Part shown: piece by piece, positions 49,101 to 61,100 of the stretch
Numbering within the stretch: the stretch's first letter is position 1
Layout: every line of letters begins with the position of its first letter
Origin: Eutreptiella sp. 'Long Island Sound 2002'
Lineage: Eukaryota > Protista > Euglenida
Assembly: GCA_964036045.1 (NCBI GenBank)
Contig: OZ038379.1
Span: forward strand, 13,020,001-13,084,000
Length of the DNA stretch: 64,000 nucleotides
Direction of reading: 5' to 3'
The notes under the pieces: model-generated
Seen by the model: the letters and a program-made list of their open reading frames with translations, nothing else
Told to the model about the DNA's origin: nothing
Database searches by the model: none
Position numbers and translations under genes: made by a program

Positions 49101-52100
49101 ACTCATCACAACCTCAGTACGTGTAATGGCCATTGATGAAATGCTTAGGCAGTGGTTGAGGATTGTCTTGACATCATGAACACAAATAGCATAAGTCCCC
49201 CTGACAGAAAGCTCACAGGCAGAGACTCTATGTTGGCAAATACAAAACATAAATGCACTGTACAAATCAGACTGACATATGAAGCAACAACACATTCTAA
49301 CCTCACATGTACAAACATGAAAAAATGCAAACACGGGACAAACCAAAAGAGCTGGCTAACCTAAATGGCACACGGAGTCAATTGTACGTCTTTTACGCAA
49401 CATAGCTAAGATTTGATTGTACCAACCTTTCACAAGAGAGAAACAAACTCCTAGACAGCTACCATGCATTGTGCATCTGAAAGCCTTCACCACTCTTGGG
49501 TGTTTTTTGTTTTGTCAGTGTGCCAGTCTGCTCTGTTAAAGCGAGATGTATCAATGATGAAAACCAAAACAGACACAGTGTCACCTATGCAGCAGTGGTG
49601 CATGGCTGTGCACCTGCACCATCAGATTAGTCTGTCCTGCTTGGCTGGACCCTAGCACAGCAAACGTACCTTACATTGCAACCATTGTGTGCATGTGCAC
49701 AATGCAACAACACTATCTGCAATATACACAGACAACATTGCATCCCATCAGTCAATATTCGTTTAAGCATGTATCGATCAGACAAATGCCTCAAAGCATC
49801 ACATTTTCTTGGAACCCTTGGCCCACTGGTTTTTCTACACCCTACAGTGCACACTCAAAATCATCATCTATCTTCTACAGCAACACATACCCCCATCTGA
49901 TGACACCCAAACAACGACAACAAAGCAACGCATGGCCATGATGCAGGAATTGTGGCAGGAATGCTTTAACATCAAGCTTCAGCTACAAATTAAAATCCCC
50001 ATTGCACAATATTACATCCAAATGTACAAATCAACAACCAAGTGTAACTCCTAACATCATGCCCTAAAAATACAAGCAAGAAAGACACTTGGATACCCTG
50101 TTTCTGGATAAGGAGGTGCGATGTCTCAGTCCAACAGGGAACATAAGTAAAATCAATGGCACGTCATAGAGCTGGGTAAAATGTCATCCTCCCATCGAAC
50201 ATAAATTTGCAACACCGGAACTAGAAATATGCAAAAAAGAAAAGGGGATGCACACTTAAATCGTCAAGATCAATCCACTAATCTCCATATCCACTGTACC
50301 ACTGTTGTTGTTCTGTTCACATTGTCTCTCAAATGAACACAATGCCCTGTGAATCTCACGCTCAATGGGTCTACCAAAGTGAGTCACTCACGTTGGTAAC
50401 ATTACTGTTAGATAGACATGTCATCATAGCTCAGCTACCTCAGCTACCGAGGCCTTGCGGATCACAGCAGCGTAAAGCCATGGCATGATATCCACGTTGC
50501 TTATTGGGTAGATAGATTTACTAGTGTTGCATTTGTTCTTCAACCTGGATATGTCCATCACCACCCACATTCTATCTGCACATCTACCATATTGTATCAT
50601 TGAAATATAATCGCAGCCACCAGCTGTGCAGATACTTTAGCCAACCCTTTCACAGCCACATGCAGATCCATCTTCCATTCGCCTTTCAGTCCAACAGGGA
50701 ACACAATTGAAATCATAATTGGTCATCGAGCTGGGTAAGGTCTCATCATGGCGCTTACATAACACAAACAACTGCATCTGAACACAAAAAGTGTCACCAA
50801 CAGCAAAGACGTATCAGATTGAGGACTGGAAGAATGGGTCACATCATTGCTCAGCAACACTACTCATCATTCGCCACCAAGAAATAGCACCTGCAACATC
50901 CCAAACATCGATCTTTCGGAACATGCCTCCGGGAGGGCACACCCACACCTTGTGGCTCAATGAAAGAGTGTAACACAGCCAACACCAGTTCTACGCAATG
51001 CCACAAATCCCAATCTCCAATGAGGTGATTCAGCAGTGGTTGAGGACGTGTGGAACATCAGCAATCAGCAAATACACAAACTCATCACAACCTCAGTACG
51101 TGTAATGGCCATTGATGAAATGCTTAGGCAGTGGTTGAGGATTGTCTTGACATCATGAACACAAATAGCATAAGTCCCCCTGACAGAAAGCTCACAGGCA
51201 AAGACTCTGTGTTGGCAAATACAAAACATAAATGCACTGTACAAATCAGACTGACATATGAAGCAACAACACATTCTAACCTCACATGTACAAACATGAA
51301 AAAATGCAAACACGGGACAAACCAAAAGAGCTGGCTAACCTAAATGGCACACGGAGTCAATTGTACGTCTTTTACGCAACATAGCTAAGATTTGATTGTA
51401 CCAACCTTTCACAAGAGAGAAACAAACTCCTAGCCAGCTACCATGCATTGTGCATCTTAAAGCCTTCACCACTCTTGGATGTTTTTTGTTTTGTCAGTGT
51501 GCCAGTCTGCTCTGTTAAAGCGAGATGTATCAATGATGAAAACCAAAACAGACACAGTGTCACCTATGCAGCAGTGGTGCATGGCTGTGCACCTACACCA
51601 TCAGATTAGTCTGTCCTGCTTGGCTGGACCCTAGCACAGCAAACGTACCTTACATTGCAACCATTGTGTGCATGTGCACAATGCAACAACACTATCTGCA
51701 ATATACACAGACAACATTGCATCCCATCAGTCAATATTCGTTTAAGCATGTATCGATCAGACAAATGCCTCAAAGCATCACATTTTCTTGGAACCCTTGG
51801 CCCACTGGTTTTTCTACACCCTACAGTGCACACTCAAAATCATCATCTATCTTCTACAGCAACACATACCCCCATCTGATGACACCCAAACAACGACAAC
51901 AAAGCAACGCATGGCCATGATGCAGGAATTGTGGCAGGAATGGTTTAACATCAAGCTTCAGCTACAAATTAAAATCCCCATTGCACAATATTACATCCAA
52001 ATGTACAAATCAACAACCAAGTGTGACTCCTAACATCATGCCCCAAAAATACAAGCAAGAAAGACACTTGGATACCCTGTTTCTGGATAAGGAGGTGCGA

Positions 52101-55100
52101 TGTCTCAGTCCAACAGGGAACATAAGTAAATTCAATGGCACGTCATAGAGCTGGGTAAAATGTCATCCTCCCATCGAACATAAATTTGCAACACCGGAAC
52201 TAGAAATATGCAAAAAAGAAAAGGGGATGCACACTTAAATCGTCAAGATCAATCCACTAATCTCCATATCCACTGTACCACTGTTGTTGTTCTGTTCACA
52301 TTGTCTCTCAAATGAACACAATGCCCTGTGAATCTCACGCTCAATGGGTCTACCAAAGTGAGTCACTCACGTTGGTAACATTACTGTTAGATAGACATGT
52401 CATCATAGCTCAGCTACCTCAGCTACCGAGGCCTTGCGGATCACAGCAGCGTAAAGCCATGGCATGATATCCACGTTGCTTATTGGGTAGATAGATTTAC
52501 TAGTGTTGCATTTGTTCTTCAACCTGGATATGTCCATCACCACCCACATTCTATCTGCACATCTACCATATTGTATCATTGAAATATAATCGCAGCCACC
52601 AGCTGTGCAGATACTTTAGCCAACCCTTTCACAGCCACATGCAGATCCATCTTCCATTCGCCTTTCAGTCCAACAGGGAACACAATTGAAATCTTAGTTG
52701 GTCATCGAGCTGGGTAAGGTCTCATCATGGCGCTTACATAACACAAACAACTGCATCCGAACACAAAAAGTGTCACCAACAGCAAAGACGTATCAGATTG
52801 AGGACTGGAAGAATGGGTCACATCATTGCTCAGCAACACTACTCATCATTCGCCACCAAGAAATAGCACCTGCAACATCCCAAACATCGATCTTTCGGAA
52901 CATGCCTCCGGGAGGGCACACCCACACCTTGTGGCTCAATGAAAGAGTGTAACACAGCCAACACCAGTTCTACGCAATGCCACAAATCCCAATCTCCAAT
53001 GAGGTGATTCAGCAGTGGTTGAGGACGTGTGGAACATCAGCAATCAGCAAATACACAAACTCATCACAACCTCAGTACGTGTAATGGCCATTGATGAAAT
53101 GCTTAGGCAGTGGTTGAGGATTGTCTTGACATCATGAACACAAATAGCATAAGTCCCCCTGACAGAAAGCTCACAGGCAAAGACTCTGTGTTGGCAAATA
53201 CAAAACATAAATGCACTGTACAAATCAGACTGACGTATGAAGCAACAACACATTCTAACCTCACATGTACAAACATGAAAAAATGCAAACACGGGACAAA
53301 CCAAAAGAGCTGGCTAACCTAAATGGCACACGGAGTCAATTGTACGTCTTTTACGCAACATAGCTAAGATTTGATTGTACCAACCTTTCACAAGAGAGAA
53401 ACAAACTCCTAGACAGCTACCATGCATTGTGCATCTTAAAGCCTTCACCACTCTTGGATGTTTTTTGTTTTGTCAGTGTGCCAGTCTGCTCTGTTAAAGC
53501 GAGATGTATCAATGATGAAAACCAAAACAGACACAGTGTCACCTATGCAGCAGTGGTGCATGGCTGTGCACCTACACCATCAGATTAGTCTGTCCTGCTT
53601 GGCTGGACCCTAGCACAGCAAACGTACCTTACATTGCAACCATTGTGTGCATGTGCACAATGCAACAACACTATCTGCAATATACACAGACAACATTGCA
53701 TCCCATCAGTCAATATTCGTTTAAGCATGTATCGATCAGACAAATGCCTCAAAGCATCACATTTTCTTGGAACCCTTGGCCCACTGGTTTTTCTACACCC
53801 TACAGTGCACACTCAAAATCATCATCTATCTTCTACAGCAACACATACCCCCATCTGATGACACCCAAACAACGACAACAAAGCAACGCATGGCCATGAT
53901 GCAGGAATTGTGGCAGGAATGGTTTAACATCAAGCTTCAGCTACAAATTAAAATCCCCATTGCACAATATTACATCCAAATGTACAAATCAACAACCAAG
54001 TGTGACTCCTAACATCATGCCCCAAAAATACAAGCAAGAAAGACACTTGGATACCCTGTTTCTGGATAAGGAGGTGCGATGTCTCAGTCCAACAGGGAAC
54101 ATAAGTAAAATCAATGGCACGTCATAGAGCTGGGTAAAATGTCATCCTCCCATCGAACATAAATTTGCAACACCGGAACTAGAAATATGCAAAAAAGAAA
54201 AGGGGATGCACACTTAAATCGTCAAGATCAATCCACTAATCTCCATATCCACTGTACCACTGTTGTTGTTCTGTTCACATTGTCTCTCAAATGAACACAA
54301 TGCCCTGTGAATCTCACGCTCAATGGGTCTACCAAAGTGAGTCACTCACGTTAGTAACATTACTGTTAGATAGACATGTCATCATAGCTCAGCTACCTCA
54401 GCTACCGAGGCCTTGCGGATCACAGCAGCGTAAAGCCATGGCATGATATCCACGTTGCTTATTGGGTAGATAGATTTACTAGTGTTGCATTTGTTCTTCA
54501 ACCTGGATATGTCCATCACCACCCACATTCTATCTGCACATCTACCATATTGTATCATTGAAATATAATCGCAGCCACCAGCTGTGCAGATACTTTAGCC
54601 AACCCTTTCACAGCCACATGCAGATCCATCTTCCATTCGCCTTTCAGTCCAACAGGGAACACAATTGAAATCATAATTGGTCATCGAGCTGGGTAAGGTC
54701 TCATCATGGCGCTTACATAACACAAACACCTGCATCTGAACACAAAAAGTGTCACCAACAGCAAAGGCGTATCAGATTGAGGACTGGAAGAATGGGTCAC
54801 ATCATTGCTCAGCAACACTACTCATCATTCGCCACCAAGAAATAGCACCTGCAACATCCCAAACATTGATCTTTCGGAACATGCCTCCGGGAGGGCACAC
54901 CCACACCTTGTGGCTCAATGAAAGAGTGTAACACAGCCAACACCAGTTCTACGCAATGCCACAAATCCCAATCTACAATGAGGTGATTCAGCAGTGGTTG
55001 AGGACGTGTGGAACATCAGCAATCAGCAAATACACAAACTCATCACAACCTCAGTACGTGTAATGGCCATTGATGAAATGCTTAGGCAGTGGTTGAGGAT

Positions 55101-58100
55101 TGTCTTGACATCATGAACACAAATAGCATAAGTCCCCCTGACAGAAAGCTCACAGGCAGAGACTCTGTGTTGGCAAATACAAAACATAAATGCACTGTAC
55201 AAATCAGACTGACGTATGAAGCAACAACACATTCTAACCTCACATGTACAAACATGAAAAAATGCAAACACGGGACAAACCAAAAGAGCTGGCTAACCTA
55301 AATGGCACACGGAGTCAATTGTACGTCTTTTACGCAACATAGCTAAGATTTGATTGTACCAACCTTTCACAAGAGAGAAACAAACTCCTAGACAGCTACC
55401 ATGCATTGTGCATCTGAAAGCCTTCACCACTCTTGGATGTTTTTTGTTTTGTCAGTGTGCCAGTCTGCTCTGTTAAAGCGAGATGTATCAATGATGAAAA
55501 CCAAAACAGACACAGTGTCACCTATGCAGCAGTGGTGCATGGCTGTGCACCTACACCATCAGATTAGTCTGTCCTGCTTGGCTGGACCCTAGCACAGCAA
55601 ACGTACCTTACATTGCAACCATTGTGTGCATGTGCACAATGCAACAACACTATCTGCAATATACACAGACAACATTGCATCCCATCAGTCAATATTCGTT
55701 TAAGCATGTATCGATCAGACAAATGCCTCAAAGCATCACATTTTCTTGGAACCCTTGGCCCACTGGGTTTTCTACACCCTACAGTGCACACTCAAAATCA
55801 TCATCTATCTTCTACAGCAACACATACCCCCATCTGATGACACCCAAACAACGACAACAAAGCAACGCATGGCCATGATGCAGGAATTGTGGCAGGAATG
55901 CTTTAACATCAAGCTTCAGCTACAAATTAAAATCCCCATTGCACAATATTACATCCAAATGTACAAATCAACAACCAAGTGTGACTCCTAACATCATGCC
56001 CTAAAAATACAAGCAAGAAAGACACTTGGATACCCTGTTTCTGGATGAGGAGGTGCGATGTCTCAGTCCAACAGGGAACATAAGTAAAATCAATGGCACG
56101 TCATAGAGCTGGGTAAAATGTCCTCCTCCCATCGAACATAAATTTGCAACACCGGAACTAGAAATATGCAAAAAAGAAAAGGGGATGCACACTTAAATCG
56201 TCAAGATCAATCCACTAATCTCCATATCCACTGCACCACTGTTGTTGTTCTGTTCACATTGTCTCTCAAATGAACACAATGCCCTGTGAATCTCATGCTC
56301 AATGGGTCTACCAAAGTGAGTCACTCACGTTGGTAACATTATTGTTAGATAGACATGTCATCATAGCTCAGCTACCTCAGCTACCGAGGCCTTGCGGATC
56401 ACAGCAGCGTAAAGCCATGGCATGATATCCACGTTGCTTATTGGGTAGATAGATTTACTAGTGTTGCATTTGTTCTTCAACCTGGATATGTCCATCACCA
56501 CCCACATTCTATCTGCACATCTACCATATTGTATAATTGAAATATAATCGCAGCCACCAGCTGTGCAGATACTTTAGCCAACCCTTTCACAGCCACATGC
56601 AGATCCATCTTCCATTCGCCTTTCAGTCCAACAGGGAACACAATTGAAATCTTAGTTGGTCATCGAGCTGGGTAAGGTCTCATCATGGCGCTTACATAAC
56701 ACAAACAACTGCATCCGAACACAAAAAGTGTCACCAACAGCAAAGACGTATCAGATTGAGGACTGGAAGAATGGGTCACATCATTGCTCAGCAACACTAC
56801 TCATCATTCGCCACCAAGAAATAGCACCTGCAACATCCCAAACATCGATCTTTCGGAACATGCCTCCGGGAGGGCACACCCACACCTTGTGGCTCAATGA
56901 AAGAGTGTAACACAGCCAACACCAGTTCTACGCAATGCCACAAATCCCAATCTACAATGAGGTGATTCAGCAGTGGTTGAGGACATGTGGAACATCAGCA
57001 ATCAGCAAATACACAAACTCATCACAACCTCAGTACGTGTAATGGCCATTGATGAAATGCTTAGGCAGTGGTTCAGGATTGTCTTGACATCATGAACACA
57101 AATAGCATAAGTCCCCCTGACAGAAAGCTCACAGGCAGAGACTCTGTGTTGGCAAATACAAAACATAAATGCACTGTACAAATCAGACTGACGTATGAAG
57201 CAACAACACATTCTAACCTCACATGTACAAACATGAAAAAATGCAAACACTGGACAAACCAAAAGAGCTGGCTAACCTAAATGGCACACGGAGTCAATTG
57301 TACGTCTTTTACGCAACATAGCTAAGATTTGATTGTACCAACCTTTCACAAGAGAGAAACAAACTCCTAGACAGCTACCATGCATTGTGCATCTGAAAGC
57401 CTTCACCACTCTTGGATGTTTTTTGTTTTGTCAGTGTGCCAGTCTGCTCTGTTAAAGCGAGATGTATCAATGATGAAAACCAAAACAGACACAGTGTCAC
57501 CTATGCAGCAGTGGTGCATGGCTGTGCACCTACACCATCAGATTAGTCTGTCCTGCTTGGCTGGACCCTAGCACAGCAAACGTACCTTACATTGCAACCA
57601 TTGTGTGCATGTGCACAATGCAACAACACTATCTGCAATATACACAGACAACATTGCATCCCATCAGTCAATATTCGTTTAAGCATGTATCGATCAGACA
57701 AATGCCTCAAAGCATCACATTTTCTTGGAACCCTTGGCCCACTGGGTTTTCTACACCCTACAGTGCACACTCAAAATCATCATCTATCTTCTACAGCAAC
57801 ACATACCCCCATCTGATGACACCCAAACAACGACAACAAAGCAACGCATGGCCATGATGCAGGAATTGTGGCAGGAATGGTTTAACATCAAGCTTCAGCT
57901 ACAAATTAAAATCCCCATTGCACAATATTACATCCAAATGTACAAATCAACAACCAAGTGTGACTCCTAACATCATGCCCCAAAAATACAAGCAAGAAAG
58001 ACACTTGGATACCCTGTTTCTGGATGAGGAGGTGCGATGTCTCAGTCCAACAGGGAACATAAGTAAAATCAATGGCACGTCATAGAGCTGGGTAAAATGT

Positions 58101-61100
58101 CATCCTCCCATCGAACATAAATTTGCAACACCGGAACTAGAAATATGCAAAAAAGAAAAGGGGATGCACACTTAAATCGTCAAGATCAATCCACTAATCT
58201 CCATATCCACTGCACCACTGTTGTTGTTCTGTTCACATTGTCTCTCAAATGAACACAATGCCCTGTGAATCTCACGCTCAATGGGTCTACCAAAGTGAGT
58301 CACTCACGTTGGTAACATTACTGTTAGATAGACATGTCATCATAGCTCAGCTACCTCAGCTACCGAGGCCTTGCGGATCACAGCAGCGTAAAGCCATGGC
58401 ATGATATCCACGTTGCTTATTGGGTAGATAGATTTACTAGTGTTGCATTTGTTCTTCAACCTGGATATGTCCATCACCACCCACATTCTATCTGCACATC
58501 TACCATATTGTATAATTGAAATATAATCGCAGCCACCAGCTGTGCAGATACTTTAGCCAACCCTTTCACAGCCACATGCAGATCCATCTTCCATTCGCCT
58601 TTCAGTCCAACAGGGAACACAATTGAAATCATAGTTGGTCATCGAGCTGGGTAAGGTCTCATCATGGCGCTTACATAACACAAACAACTGCATCCGAACA
58701 CAAAAAGTGTCACCAACAGCAAAGACGTATCAGATTGAGGACTGGAAGAATGGGTCACATCATTGCTCAGCAACACTACTCATCATTCGCCACCAAGAAA
58801 TAGCACCTGCAACATCCCAAACATCGATCTTTCGGAACATGCCTCCGGGAGGGCACACCCACACCTTGTGGCTCAATGAAAGAGTGTAACACAGCCAACA
58901 CCAGTTCTACGCAATGCCACAAATCCCAATCTACAATGAGGTGATTCAGCAGTGGTTGAGGACATGTGGAACATCAGCAATCAGCAAATACACAAACTCA
59001 TCACAACCTCAGTACGTGTAATGGCCATTGATGAAATGCTTAGGCAGTGGTTCAGGATTGTCTTGACATCATGAACACAAATAGCATAAGTCCCCCTGAC
59101 AGAAAGCTCACAGGCAGAGACTCTGTGTTGGCAAATACAAAACATAAATGCACTGTACAAATCAGACTGACATATGAAGCAACAACACATTCTAACCTCA
59201 CATGTACAAACATGAAAAAATGCAAACACTGGACAAACCAAAAGAGCTGGCTAACCTAAATGGCACACGGAGTCAATTGTACGTCTTTTACGCAACATAG
59301 CTAAGATTTGATTGTACCAACCTTTCACAAGAGAGAAACAAACTCCTAGACAGCTACCATGCATTGTGCATCTGAAAGCCTTCACCACTCTTGGATGTTT
59401 TTTGTTTTGTCAGTGTGCCAGTCTGCTCTGTTAAAGCGAGATGTATCAATGATGAAAACCAAAACAGACACAGTGTCACCTATGCAGCAGTGGTGCATGG
59501 CTGTGCACCTACACCATCAGATTAGTCTGTCCTGCTTGGCTGGACCCTAGCACAGCAAACGTACCTTACATTGCAACCATTGTGTGCATGTGCACAATGC
59601 AACAACACTATCTGCAATATACACAGACAACATTGCATCCCATCAGTCAATATTCGTTTAAGCATGTATCGATCAGACAAATGCCTCAAAGCATCACATT
59701 TTCTTGGAACCCTTGGCCCACTGGGTTTTCTACACCCTACAGTGCACACTCAAAATCATCATCTATCTTCTACAGCAACACATACCCCCATCTGATGACA
59801 CCCAAACAACGACAACAAAGCAACGCATGGCCATGATGCAGGAATTGTGGCAGGAATGGTTTAACATCAAGCTTCAGCTACAAATTAAAATCCCCATTGC
59901 ACAATATTACATCCAAATGTACAAATCAACAACCAAGTGTGACTCCTAACATCATGCCCCAAAAATACAAGCAAGAAAGACACTTGGATACCCTGTTTCT
60001 GGATGAGGAGGTGCGATGTCTCAGTCCAACAGGGAACATAAGTAAAATCAATGGCACGTCATAGAGCTGGGTAAAATGTCATCCTCCCATCGAACATAAA
60101 TTTGCAACACCGGAACTAGAAATATGCAAAAAAGAAAAGGGGATGCACACTTAAATCGTCAAGATCAATCCACTAATCTCCATATCCACTGCACCACTGT
60201 TGTTGTTCTGTTCACATTGTCTCTCAAATGAACACAATGCCCTGTGAATCTCACGCTCAATGGGTCTACCAAAGTGAGTCACTCACGTTGGTAACATTAC
60301 TGTTAGATAGACATGTCATCATAGCTCAGCTACCTCAGCTACCGAGGCCTTGCGGATCACAGCAGCGTAAAGCCATGGCATGATATCCACGTTGCTTATT
60401 GGGTAGATAGATTTACTAGTGTTGCATTTGTTCTTCAACCTGGATATGTCCATCACCACCCACATTCTATCTGCACATCTACCATATTGTATAATTGAAA
60501 TATAATCGCAGCCACCAGCTGTGCAGATACTTTAGCCAACCCTTTCACAGCCACATGCAGATCCATCTTCCATTCGCCTTTCAGTCCAACAGGGAACACA
60601 ATTGAAATCATAGTTGGTCATCGAGCTGGGTAAGGTCTCATCATGGCGCTTACATAACACAAACAACTGCATCCGAACACAAAAAGTGTCACCAACAGCA
60701 AAGACGTATCAGATTGAGGACTGGAAGAATGGGTCACATCATTGCTCAGCAACACTACTCATCATTCGCCACCAAGAAATAGCACCTGCAACATCCCAAA
60801 CATCGATCTTTCGGAACATGCCTCCGGGAGGGCACACCCACACCTTGTGGCTCAATGAAAGAGTGTAACACAGCCAACACCAGTTCTACGCAATGCCACA
60901 AATCCCAATCTACAATGAGGTGATTCAGCAGTGGTTGAGGACATGTGGAACATCAGCAATCAGCAAATACACAAACTCATCACAACCTCAGTACGTGTAA
61001 TGGCCATTGATGAAATGCTTAGGCAGTGGTTGAGGATTGTCTTGACATCATGAACACAAATAGCATAAGTCCCCCTGACAGAAAGCTCACAGGCAGAGAC

